A stretch of DNA of 64,000 nucleotides. Source: Octopus bimaculoides (taxonomy: Eukaryota). The stretch's first letter is position 1. Each line of letters begins with the position of its first letter. The stretch is taken from NCBI RefSeq assembly GCF_001194135.2, contig NC_068982.1, positions 10,069,977-10,133,976 on the forward strand, read 5' to 3'. Shown here one piece after another: positions 34,814 through 47,230 of the stretch. The notes under the pieces were generated by a model. That model was not told the DNA's origin, searched no databases, and saw only the letters and a program-made list of their open reading frames with translations. The translations under genes and the position numbers were made by a program.

Positions 34814-36044
34814 GTACTTTGAAGCTGACTGGTAAGAATCTACAACTACAATATTCATTGTTCCACAATTCTAAGCAAGAATGCAAATTTGCAAAGACCC
34901 ATGTTTGTAATGAAATCTAGATATGAAATAACAAAAGTTAAAAGAAAAATATGACATTGTAGGAAAATAGTTTCAGGGTGAAAAGTTAAAATAAATGGAG
35001 GAATAAAAAAAATTTAATTCTATCTATAAATAAATCAATATTCAATAAAACTAAGTGTTCAGTTGATGTCTTCCAAAGCAAATAATTTTGGATTCTGAAA
35101 ATATTAAGAAAAAAAAGGTATAATTTTTGGCTTAGAAAGAAAGTTAGTGGAATGTTAACCTGAAGTAATATCTGAAATTGCACAAATTATATTTAAGAAA
35201 TACAATACTTAATTTGCTTTGAAACATTAACAAGGAAAAGGGAAAAAAATTGGTGTCACATTTGCATCACAGGTAAATGGATAATTGGTAAAGAGAGCAT
35301 TTATTTCTAGAAAAACAAGTTCCTAGCATTCATTCATGTGACTATGTATGTACAATACTATATTAAATTGCTTAGAAGCCGTATATTTCTATTTGATATA
35401 ATCTGATATTTTCATTTAAGTTTTAGACTTTAAAAATAGTCTCTCTAGTCAGATTTTATCTATCAGTCGAGTCTAGACATAAAACTAATAAACTGTCTCT
35501 AATTTAGTCATCTACCGTTACAATACATCTGCCTCTTTGTGGAATTGAATTATCACGTTGAGATGAGGAGGAACTGTATGGACAAGTGTTACATTGTTAG
35601 AAACACCACTTTAATTTATTTGGTTGGAAAGATATATTTCTGGAACAGTCTCTAATCAGCTCAGTTTAATTAGTTGTAAAATTACAAGAATTCTAGGATA
35701 CTCTTCTTACATCAACCTACTTACAAGAAAAGTTAATTACTTCTCATAATTCATGGTTGTGTACTTTGCATTTAAAAGGATATCTAGGATCGTTAACCCT
35801 AGTGATTTATGTAAATCTTATATGATTCTCTAATCTAGTTTCATCTAAACATGGAAGTTTTAAATGAAGATAATATCGTTAAGTATCATACAAGATGTTT
35901 TGTGGTATTATGGGAAGCAGCATTATGTATGTGCTGTTTCAAGACAAAGTCCTCCACTGACCAGTGGCAACAGTCACACAATACAAGATCTACAGACTTA
36001 CAGACATTAATAATTCACATTTTAAAGTGTATTTATTTCTAAAG

Positions 36045-36830
36045 TGTATAGACTCAGTTACAAGAGTCATTTCAGAAGTTTTCAGACATTTTCAGGGGAG
36101 ATATTAATTTCAAAGAAGTACGAACTTCTAATCTCCTTCAAAGTAGGATCTTTTGACTTTGATACACTGGTTGTAGTGTTCCAACCAATTTATGAAGTGA
36201 CCACTGGTATTCTGGTGACCACTGGCATTCTAGCAGGAAAGCAAAATGAAAATGGGATCTAATGAGAGTAATCTCCCTCGACCTTCTTGAAAATTCTCAA
36301 ACATTCTAGAAGCTTCCAATTAACTTCTTGATGATGCGGAAGTCCCATATATAAAGGAACACATTTCTAATTTCGCGGTTGCCAGTTCCTAGACATGCAT
36401 TGAGTCATGCCACTCACATACACACCTGCACGCATGGATGTTTGCCTTATTTGCTTTGAGACATGCGGTTGCAAAATATGTCCATGTGATATTACAAACC
36501 TTCTCCTTCAATTAACCTTATATATTAACACATTACACCCAGTAATAAATATGTTAAGACTCATTACGAACGTCTTACAAGTTCTTCTTTTCTTGTCGTT
36601 TTACGTACAAGATGGTGACCCCACTTTCTCGCATGCAATTAAACATTATAGAATGTCACTTACTGACATCACTCTACCCCCCATTGAAGTGCTCCAAAGT
36701 GAAGGCATCCAGGACCCTTGTCACAGCCTCTTTTATCTTCAGAACGGTTGCCCTTTCTGGCTCTCCTTCAGCTTGGGAAACAAAAGAGACAGGGAGCAAG
36801 GCCAGGATGATGGAGAGGATGAGGGATAGT
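36045..36830 (+). mobile_element. Putative 5' LTR plus tRNA-Trp primer-binding site of an LTR retrotransposon
   Basis: TATATAAA at ~36347, AATAAA at ~36544 and end TACA at 36609. Three nt later comes TGGTGACCCC (36613-22), complementary to the 3' end of tRNA-Trp. The left boundary at TGTA (36045) is a guess. Confidence 0.5.
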
Positions 36831-36907
36831 TCTGTTTAGTTAGTTATGAGGATGCTCATTACTGGACACCATGGAAACAAATTTTGTACAAATTTTGCAC
36901 AGGTTTA

Positions 36908-37230
36908 GATCATCATCATCATTGTTGCTTAACGTCCTCTTTCCATGCTAGCATGGGTTGGATGGTTTGACTGAGGGCTGGCAAGCCAGAAGGCTGTACC
37001 AGGCTCTAATCTGATCTGGCAGAATTTCTACAGTTGGATGCCCTTCCAGCCACTCTGAGAGTGTAGTGGGTGCTTTTTACATGCCACCGGCATGAGGGCC
37101 AGTCAGGCAGCACTGGCATCGACCATGCTCGAATGGTGCTTTTTACATGCCACCGGCATGGGACCAGTCAGGCAGCACTGGCATTGACCACACTCAAATG
37201 GTGCTTTTTACATGCCAGTGGCACATAAAT
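36908..37230 (-). mobile_element. RTE LINE 3' UTR with three hairpin repeat units
   Basis: catcatcatc...ttccatgctagcatgggttggat...gtgctttttacatgccac(c)ggc three times. Confidence 0.85.
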
Positions 37231-37287
37231 AATTATTTAATTCTTTGTACAGCTGGTACACAAACTCCAAACTGTATGTTTATTGAT

Positions 37288-37830
37288 CTATATTTTAGAG
37301 ATGAGGAATTCTATACATTATTTACATTGGATGGATATGTGTTCTCATCTTGTTTGTTGTTACAACAATGTTTCGGCTGATTTTCTCTCCAGCCTTCATC
37401 AGGTGTCCTGGCAGAATTTTGAACCCAACTCTGGGTTCTCATTCCTAATAATAAAAATAATAATGATGATTTCAAAAATGTTTGCCACAAAGGCAACTTG
37501 GGGGAGGGGATTAAATCGATTACATCGACCCCAGTGCATAACTGGTACTTATCCCCGAAAGAATGAAAGGCAAAGTCAACCTCAGCAGAATTTGAACACA
37601 GAATGTAGAAGCAGACAAAATACTGCTAAGCATTTCTCCCGGTGTGTTATCAGGTCTACAAGCTCGCCACCATAATAATAATAACATCAGCAAAAAATAC
37701 CTTAGGAATGAGAACCCAGGGTCGGGTCCAAAATCCCACCAGGACAACTGATGAAGGGTGGAGAATAAATCAGCCAAAACATGGTAACAACAAACAAGAT
37801 GAGGACATGTCCATCCAATGTAAATAATGT
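37288..37830. mobile_element. Family D inverted pair 3, with a family B SINE (37475-37672, -) inserted at its centre
   Basis: Minus body 37288-37470 has an intact CTGATGA/GGCTG...CAGCC/GAAA. Plus body 37673-37830. Confidence 0.85.
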
Positions 37831-38028
37831 ATGTGTATTGTTTTTAAAGACACAAAACAGCCTTCATTCAGAAAAGCAGATTACCTCAATCAGCTCTTGC
37901 GTTCTGATGTCCCTCTCTTTCCAACACCTTTCATCATCTCTCGCCTCCTCTCTACCACTTTTGAAATTCATGTGCCAGCAAAGTGCAGTTTGGAGCATTT
38001 CACAAGTTTCTGTAGCATTTTTGTCCAG

Positions 38029-38258
38029 TTAACCCTTTTGTTGCTGTATTTATTTTGAGATGGTTTGAGTTTCTTTCAATTAATTTTAAATATGACAAAG
38101 AATTTAGTAAAATAACTTAGTTATCATTAAGCTAGTGTTAGGAACATAAATTGTGACTAAGGTTTGGTGGAAGATTTTAATTCAAAACTTTTGAAAACAA
38201 GACATTTGAACTACAGAGACAGTGGCAGTTTCAGGTGGGTTGGTTACAAAAGGGTTAA
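38029..38258 (-). mobile_element. piggyBac-type MITE, inverted copy of the 10171-10858 family
   Basis: TTAA CCCTTTTG...CAAAAGGG TTAA; the interior is the reverse complement of 10407-10634. Confidence 0.85.
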
Positions 38259-38879
38259 CACACAGTTTTATTGCAAAACTAGCTTCCAAATCTTTCAACT
38301 GCCTTGTGCAAAAAAGCAATGGTTAGTAGAGTGTGTTCAAAGTGTTTCTAGAGCTATTTCCTTTAATCCGGAGTAACAAAAGTTGGCAAGTCAGCTTATT
38401 TGATGTTTAGTAACGATATACGAAAATTACTATGATTTAGAACAGTTATAACAGCTACTTCTGGAAAAGTTTGAAAACTTCTAGAATGCACCTCATACCA
38501 CAGGAATTATCTTAGAATCCCAACAAATAAATCAGAAAGATCAAAGGATCAAGGGTCCTTTCTGAGTCATAGAATTAAAAGGCCAGTTTCTCAGATTCTG
38601 TGGTGTATATATTCCCCACCCAGAGTGGGATGCTAGTCTGTTGTATGATTGCTCATTTTTGCCAACTGAAAGGATGGAGCAGTGTAAAAGGAAATGTTTG
38701 GCTCAGAAACACAACACATTGCTTGAACCAGGGATTGAAACCACAATCTTATGATCATGAGTGTAACACTCTAACCACTAAGTCTTATGTTTGCTCACAA
38801 GAAATAAGTACCAGCTAAATATTGGAGACATTATAATCAAGAAAAGAACATTTGAACGTTGGTGCAGGTGTGGTGAGTC

Positions 38880-39041
38880 ATCGGTTCAGGTGTGGATGAG
38901 TGGTAAGGAGTTTGCTCTCCAAACACGTTCTGGGTTCAGTACTACTGCATGGCACCTTGGGCAAGTGTCTTCTTCTATAGCTTTGGGCTGACCAAAGCCA
39001 TGTGAGTGAATTTGGTAGGGGGTAACTGAAAAAAGCTTGTC

Positions 39042-39077
<36 letters not shown>

Positions 39078-39780
39078 GAGCAGTTCAGCAAAAGACACTG
39101 ATAGAATAAGTACCAGACTTAAACGAAGACAATATGTACTGGTGGAGGGGTTCAATTTGTGTGTGTGTGTCCCTGAGCAGTTCAGCAAAAGACACTGATA
39201 GAATAAGTACCAGACTTAAACGAAGACAATATGTACTGGTGGAGGGGTTCAATTTGNNNNNNNNNNNNNNNNNNNNNNNNNNNNNNNNNNNNNNNNNNNN
39301 NNNNNNNNNNNNNNNNNNNNNNNNNNNNNNNNNNNNNNNNNNNNNNNNNNNNNNNNNNNNNNNNNNNNNNNNNNNNNNNNNNNNNNNNNNNNNNNNNNNN
39401 NNNNNNNNNNNNNNNNNNNNNNNNNNNNNNNNNNNNNNNNNNNNNNNNNNNNNNNNNNNNNNNNNNNNNNNNNNNNNNNNNNNNNNNNNNNNNNNNNTAT
39501 GTGTGTGTGTGTGTGTGTGTGTGTCCCTGAGCAGTTCAGCAAAAGACACTGATAGAATAAGTACCAGACTTAAACGAAGACAATATGTACTGGTGGAGGG
39601 GTTCAATTTGTGTGTGTGTGTCCCTGAGCAGTTCAGCAAAAGACACTGATAGAATAAGTACCAGACTTAAACGAAGACAATATGTACTGGTGGAGGGGTT
39701 CAATTTGTTTGGCTAAAACACTTCAAGGCAGTGCCTCAGCTTGGCTGCTGTCTAATGATTAAAACAACCAAAAGATAAAA
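38880..39780 (+). mobile_element. Family A SINE whose 3' module is amplified as a 97-bp tandem repeat
   Basis: Unit starts (ccctgagcag) at 39074, 39171, 39525 and 39622, with a gap at 39257-39497. Confidence 0.85.
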
Positions 39781-40069
39781 GACCGTGCACCATGCATTGC
39801 TGCCGTCCAATGGCTTTAACCCATCAAAGAGCAAATGCTAAATAAAATAGAATAATGAAAAACCACAATATTTTCCATGTTGATTATTACTCTGTATCAT
39901 TCCTTCTAAAACACACAAGATAGACAATTGATAAAACATTAACTAGTCGTGGTATGCGGTAACAAAACATACTTACAGATAAAACCACAATGATTCCCAT
40001 TGCTGACAAATATGAATGGAATGGAAATGTGCTGTTGCTTTTAATGGTGCATTGGTTTATTGGTAGAGA

Positions 40070-40570
40070 AGTTCTCTCTTTGTAGTAGTATGTCGACTCA
40101 CTCTGGTGGAACTTCTCACCAGGCTATTCATTACATCTAGGAAATGGTGGATACTTAGGTGAAAGGAAAGCAAACCGATTCAATAAGTTAATCAAATCTA
40201 TGCTCAGTAGGAGCCTTCAAGCAAATATATTTACTTTTTAAGGATAATGTTGTTAAATCACAATATTGTAGAAAAGAATAAGATCGACATTAATATATCT
40301 AATTGAAATCTCCTCCAATACAATACCCAACTGACTTGTATTTCTCTCTACACTATTCTAAAATGTTTGTACATAGTGGCTGCTGCTCAAAAAGTGTGTG
40401 TTCAGTTATTATAGCCGTGTTCTTTGATACCGAAGCATTAGATATCTGCTGTTGAAAGATATTGTTGATAATAGTATTTGAGGTGCTGATGGCTATATTT
40501 CCATGATGTTATGCTTCCTATTGTATGAATTTAAGACCCTCACACTCACCATTCTTTCCCCAAGGGTTGG
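40070..40570 (-). pseudogene. Possible decayed non-LTR apurinic endonuclease fragment
   Basis: Minus-strand translation gives RMVSVRV...YCIGGDFN (GDFN motif) and a later VDILL. Weak; several stops. Confidence 0.35.
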
Positions 40571-41123
40571 TAAGGATTTTAGTTACATCATGTTACCACA
40601 ATATTAATCTTTTATATATTACAAAAAATATTTTAAATTTTTATCACGCAAACCTCATCCTATTACACACCACTGTGATTCAGACTTGTTTCAGAATTGA
40701 TGCCACAAAAGCTTATTGTTCAGATTAAAGCTAGACATTCACCAAACATAAATTCAAATTTTTGTGAAGCAGAAAAAAACAATTCCCAAGTCAATTTCTT
40801 TCAGACAGCCCCACACTTTCATACCCTGTGAGGTGTCATGTCTATGTCCACACACACACACACACACACACATGTGTATGTATATGCATATGTATATGCA
40901 CAAATATATATATATTCTTTTTTCAATCGTTTGACTGCGGCCATGCTGGAGCACCGCCTTTAGTCGAACAAATCGACCCTGAGGACTTATTCTTTGTAAG
41001 CCTAGCACTTATTTTATATTTTATCACTTTATTTTGCCGAACCGTTAAGTGAAGGGAACATAAACACAACAGCATCGGTTGCCAAGCAATGGTCAGGGAA
41101 AACACAGACACACAAACATACAC

Positions 41124-41157
<34 letters not shown>

Positions 41158-42212
41158 NNNNNNNNNNNNNNNNNNNNNNNNNNNNNNNNNNNNNNNNNNN
41201 NNNNNNNNNNNNNNNNNNNNNNNNNNNNNNNNNNNNNNNNNNNNNNNNNNNNNNNNNNNNNNNNNNNNNNNNNNNNNNNNNNNNNNNNNNNNNNNNNNNN
41301 NNNNNNNNNNNNNNNNNNNNNNNNNNNNNNNNNNNNNNNNNNNNNNNNNNNNNNNNNNNNNNNNNNNNNNNNNNNNNNNNNNNNNNNNNNNNNNNNNNNN
41401 NNNNNNNNNNNNNNNNNNNNNNNNNNNNNNNNNNNNNNNNNNNNNNNNNNNNNNNNNNNNNNNNNNNNNNNNNNNNNNNNNNNNNNATATATATATATAT
41501 ATATACACACACGCATATTGGCACAGACAGGGCTGCCATGGCTCTGTGGTTAAGCATGCTTCCCAACCATTTGTCTCTGGTTCTGTCCCACAGCTTTGGC
41601 ATCATAGGATTTGTCCCCTATTGCAGCCCTATAAATAGGCTCATTTCAAGTGTGTGATGTCCGTTTATCTCACAGATTTCTCACTGACACTGTTCAAATG
41701 GAAGTGACATTTGTTTAAAGCACACAAACAACAAAATGCTCCAATCTATGATTTAATATGCTAAGACCCTTAGAATAAAGTCCTTTCAATGAAAACATGT
41801 AAGGGTTGACAAAGAAGGGCGTCTGGGTCCAGAATGCTGCTTCAAATAGTTTTGATTACAGCATCACAATATTGGCCAGACCATCAGGTGTTGTTATACA
41901 CTGCTGATCACAATACACTTCCAATTCTGTCTTATTTGTTCCATTCTTTTCTTTTTTAACTTGAATTTCGTGACTAAATCATCTTCCCATCATCATGGAG
42001 GTTTTCCAAAGGACCTTTTCTGTCTGAATTATGATCATAAAAAAGAAAAATTCCTTATTACAAGGTTGTCACCAATTTGTTGTTTTTCATAAAATACTAC
42101 CTCAAATAGTATCCACCCGACTCATGCCAACACTGCAAAAACAGATGTAAAAGATAGAAAGAAACTGAATAATATGCTACCATGTCTAGAAAGTGATTAT
42201 TAGTGGTTATAG

Positions 42213-42299
42213 GTGCATGGTAAGTGTCCTCTACCATAGCCTCGGGCCAACCAAAGCCTTGTGAGTGGATTTGGTAGACAAAAACTGAAAGAAGACTGT

Positions 42300-42355
<56 letters not shown>

Positions 42356-42572
42356 CGTATATGTTTGTGTGTCTGTGTTTGTCACCCCACCATCACTTGA
42401 CAACCAATGTTGGTGTGTTTACGTCCCCATAACTTAGCGGCTCAGCAAAAGAGACCAATACAATAAGTATTAGGCTTACAAAGAATAAGTCTTCAGGTTG
42501 ATTTGTTCGACTAGATGCGGTGCTCCAGCATGGCCACAGTCAAGCGAATGAAACAAACAAAAGAATAAAAGA
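42213..42572 (+). mobile_element. Family A SINE
   Basis: ggtaagtgtcctctaccatagcctcgggcc...gatttgttcgact...gctccagcatggccacagtc. Confidence 0.9.
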
Positions 42573-42792
42573 ATTAGAAAAAGATGAAAGTTTTCTTCTT
42601 TCTGAGAATGTTCAGCTAATAACCTCGACCAAATGGTTGGAGTTATTAATTTAAATGTCTTACAATACAATATTTAGTTGTGTATCTCTGTAAGAATCAG
42701 TGTTGGAGTCATGCAAGTTTTATTTTTGATTTATGTCTCATCAGGATAATAGATATCAGTCATACTGTGAGGTTGATTCAATCAGTTATACT

Positions 42793-42830
<38 letters not shown>

Positions 42831-44649
42831 TCACACACACACACACACTCTTTGCTCTTTGTCTTTCTCTTTCTATTTCATCCTCACATCGTGTTAAAGC
42901 CAAACTAAAGCTAATTCAAAATGAAATCAAAATAAACTAATATTGTCCAAATTTTCAGTATTCTTCTTCTTGTCATCACCATTACTGTTGTTGTTGTTGT
43001 TGTTGCTACCAGTAGTAGCAGTGGTATTTTCACTTCTGTTGTCATCACTACTTAGCCCCAGGTCATCTCAGATCAAACAGACCTCTGATCAAAGTCATTC
43101 CAGCTGTGCTACTCTCATCATTTTATTTCAAACGAATATCCAGAACTACATCTCCCTGTGTGACCTCTTTTCCTTTAATGATGACAATATATGAGTTAAG
43201 AAGATTTTTGGGTGCTATTTCTAGCAAATCGAGTGAGCATGTGGAAGCTCCATTGTAAACATAAAATAGATAGGAAAACCGAAATCGCACTCAACTAGAT
43301 TCATACCATAAATCAAGAAATCTTTACAAGTTCAAAATTCTACTGGGTTTAAACTACTTTGCATATCAACGTTTGTAGGCATAGCAGCTTGGATCTCTAT
43401 ACAGTAGGGTGTGTGTGTGTATGTTTATACGTAACATATGGTATAATTATAAACAGGGCAAATTTTAACCCTTTCTCTGCCGACTGAAAAAGTGACAAAC
43501 AACCTTAATCAATTTTCGAACCTTATTGGGTTCTCATCAGGGGCAGTCCACATCATTCTGACAGGCTTCAGAGAAAAAAGCAGCCAAACTGTTTCTATAC
43601 TCAACAAATGCAGCAGTTACTCCGTGAAGGAGTCCCTAATTTGCATACTGAGTGTTTAGCACTCTATAAACCAACCTTGAAGCAGCCCTTTGGGTGGCAT
43701 TCAAGGTAACTCCTGTAGGGGCACATTTGAAGCTTTCAGCCCCACTACCGGGTTGCTTCGTAGCCCTTGTGTAATGAAACTTATTTCTGCAAATGTGCTA
43801 AGCACTGATGCTGATCAGAGTTTAATCAATAAGTATAGGAGTGAAGTAAATACAGTAAAAATGTAAATACAAATTGTGACGTACTTCTGAACTTAGAGGA
43901 AAATATTTTGCAGCTGATTTTTAATAACACGATGACTTACATTAGATACCTTAGCCTTCAAGTAACAGGAGGTTTAGTCGAATGCATTGCATACTGCACG
44001 TGTCCTCAATGAAATCCAATGTCTCCAGATCATAGTCATAGAAGTAGTGGTCCTCATGACTAACAGAGCCAACAAATGAGCCTCTTTGTGTGCTGGAAAT
44101 ACTAGCTACATCTCCATCAGATTCCTCTTGCTATTTTACAAAAGAACAAAAGGACACATTGGATATGGTCTTAGAAAAAAGATGGGATGGTTATTGCTAG
44201 ACTGCCTTTGTTTGTAGGTATTTAGGCTACTACTGCTTCTAATCCTACTTTATGGAAATTTTTTGTCCAGAAGCTGCCTAATTCTGGGGGCAAAGTGACA
44301 AGGTGCACCATGATACTGAAACACTGTGTCCCCTATTACTTCTGACTGGATAATTTATGAAAATTTTAAATTGTACAAGAATTATATAATAATCCTGTCT
44401 ATTTTTACTAAGTCAGTGGTGTAACGTTTACATCGTCTTCACAGTTAAAACTACTTCCTCCCTAATTAGTTGAATTTATACAAGGCTTAATTATGAGCTA
44501 TGTGAGGGTATGACTGATATATTTTAGTCAGGAGATGGCTGGGATGCGGTATAAGCATCAAACTGTTTAAGGTAAAAGAATTTTCAAATACGGCTGTAGT
44601 AGAACATAAGTCTGAGTTAGAAAGCTACCTACTACATCCATTATCACTC

Positions 44650-44860
44650 AACCATCAGACAAACCCATCTTCAAACCAAATAGAGAGCTTCTAATTGGCT
44701 TTTTCTCTTGTACCAACAAGACAGCCTTTATATAGTTGTTAGACCTGCTGGAAATAGAAGCTAAATTTCTTGCCACTGCCTTAAAACAGAACACCTTGGA
44801 TAATGTGGTCCTAGATTTTATGAACATAGGTAAAAAATATGGGATAGTCACGGCTTGAAG
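44650..44860 (+). pseudogene. Possible piggyBac transposase C-terminal remnant
   Basis: One frame with a single stop: FFSCTNKTAFI*LLDLLEIEAKFL...LDFMNIGKKY, resembling YSCxRKT...FxxLLDxxxINAxxL. Judged by eye only. Confidence 0.35.
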
Positions 44861-45046
44861 CATATTCAGAAGGGGCTGTCTCTTCTGTATTTTCCAAAAG
44901 AAAATAATGTCAGTCATTGATTAATATTTTTCTTCCTCAGAGCATAATTATTTCTAATCAGTAACTTAATGTTGCAATTAAAATGTTAACTCCCAGCAGA
45001 CAATTATTGGCCATCAGCGATAGAAACACAAATACTTAAATACACC

Positions 45047-45183
45047 TACTAGGGTAGCTGGACGGGGTGGCAGTAAGGGACAGCACTTTTGGGTCTGCTG
45101 TAGGCAATATTTGTTTTTTGTGGGGTCTGGCGTGGCAAACGAAGGGGCTGCTCCAGGCAGCACACATTCTAGCTACACTAGTA
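45047..45183. mobile_element. 137-bp hAT-type MITE
   Basis: 13-bp TIRs tactagggtagct / agctacactagta (12/13 match). 8-bp TSD aatacacc (45039-46) / tatacacc (45184-91). Confidence 0.75.
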
Positions 45184-46384
45184 TATACACCACAAGTCCA
45201 TACGAGAGGTCCTCTCATATTAACCACTAAAGTATTTTGAGTTCTAACACAGCATCCATTTAAATGAGTGATAAATATTACCATTTGGTATTAATACTTC
45301 TCCTGTTGATATTAATTACTTACTAAATATAAAGATTGATTTGAAACTAAGACTAAGAGAACAAGTTGTTTAAGTAATAGATATTTATGAGAGGCTGTGC
45401 AAAAGCTGATAGGAAACAAACACATCCTGTATAACTTGTTATGTTTTCTTTTTATATTTTATTGACAAGTAACCCCCATTGAATTCTGTAAAGCAGAGCA
45501 AAGGCTCAGCTGCTTTCAATCAATCACTTGTAGTTAAAACAGAGATGCCTGATGCTGGGTGTGTAGTCTTGTCTAGAATCTTCTTTTGTATTCCATCATG
45601 TAAAGTTATACTCAATAGGCAAAGGTTGCTCTGAGTTTTGTTGGGGTTTATTATAAGAGATTAGCAATTCTCAAAAGAGTTTCAGCTTACAAATGAAATT
45701 TACTTTGTGTCTATTTGATGAGTTTGGGGAGTTTATCTTGTATCCATGGTAACATAGTTTGATGGACTGTTATTGTTTGGTTGTGGAATAAACAGTTGTT
45801 ATGATTCCAGACCTCTTAACTAATCAATTGTTGTATTGGTTATTGATCTTGATGCATCATATACTTTTCGCAGTGAGGTATCACTACCATCCTCCTTCCC
45901 ACTGCCACTTTTTCATGCTTGAACGGATTGGAAAAAATTCATTGAAGCAAATCTTTTTATGGCTGGATGCCTTTCCTGTTGCCAATCTTCACCTTTTTCC
46001 AAGCAAGGTAATACTTCTCCAAGGCCAGACATATCTTAGAATATTGGAAAGGAACAACCCTGTATCACTGTGACAATCATTTACAACTATCACATGATAC
46101 AACAACAAAGTGACACAAACACACAGAAAAGTATATTTTACATTCCACATACACACACACACACACACATGAACACATGATGAGCTCCTTTCAGTTTCTG
46201 TCTGCCAAATCCACTCACAACATTTTGGTTGGGCCAGAACTATGGAAGAATATACTTGCCCATAGTAAGAGACACTTGCCCAGGGTGTCATGCAGTGGGA
46301 CTGAACTCAAGAACACATGGTTGGAACATGAGCTTTCTAACCACACAGCCACATCTGCACCCATTGTATACATACACACACACA

Positions 46385-46716
46385 TAAAAGGAGATATCTA
46401 TGGACAATTGCTTTGAAGCCTCCAGCTTCCATATCCAGACTATGAATTCATATTCATACCAATAATAACTGGAGCATTAGGTTTTGTTAGTAAATGCTTA
46501 AAGGATAATCTGGATAATCTGGGATTTTCAGGTACAGAAATCGACCAGCTGATTCGTACATTACAAGTACAATCTGCGAGTGGAACAGTAAAAATATGCA
46601 AGACTTTTCTCAAATTCCAAATGTGAATTCGTCTGTGTTAAGTACATCCCAAAGATGGAGCCTTGTATCTTTGTTGGAAACCGGCTCCCTCCTCAGTGGA
46701 AGATTTATAATAATCA
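46385..46716 (+). mobile_element. 5'-truncated R4/Dong-like non-LTR retrotransposon end (restriction-like endonuclease C-terminus)
   Basis: KGDIYGQLL*SLQLPYPDYEFIFIPIITGALGFVSKCLKDNLDNLGFSGTEIDQLIRTLQVQSASGTVKICKTFLKFQM* (open 46417-46626). The IPIIxGALG motif is typical of this clade; the short UTR ends in ataataat. Confidence 0.7.
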
Positions 46717-46879
46717 AAAATAGAAGAGACATGCATACATACATATAGTGTGTGTGTGTGTACATATACACTTATTCAGACAGATAGAGAGAAAAACTAG
46801 TCTTATAAATGGACTTCTTAATGGAAAATCAAATTGAAAATAATTTAATGCCATTGATGCTGGTTAAATAAAATAATGT

Positions 46880-47230
46880 CTGAGGATTTCATTTCATTAA
46901 ATGGCAATTGTATTGATAGACAGGACTTTGTTCTTCATGACTTATATTTAATGAATGCCAATCAATAATCAATGTTAATCTCTGTTCACAATAATTTCCC
47001 ACTATCATAATGTATTGAAACAATTTCTCATGGCAGGCTGACATTCCATAGTTCCCTTCCTTCTTCAATATATCTATGGTGATGCATTCAACAAAAAAAC
47101 CAAGTAATGGTGGGCGAGGATAAAGTCGTAAGTTTTTCTCTCTGTTGTGATGTAACATTGAGTTGAAATATTTCCTGGCTGGGATGATCATTTGCATATC
47201 TCTGGATAGGAAGAAACCATAATTATAAAT
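46880..47230 (-). pseudogene. Possible piggyBac transposase fragment (first catalytic Asp region)
   Basis: GRELWNV...HYDSGKLL*TEINIDY*LAF resembles RELW...YxPGxxLTIDEQLxxF. Very decayed. Confidence 0.3.
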
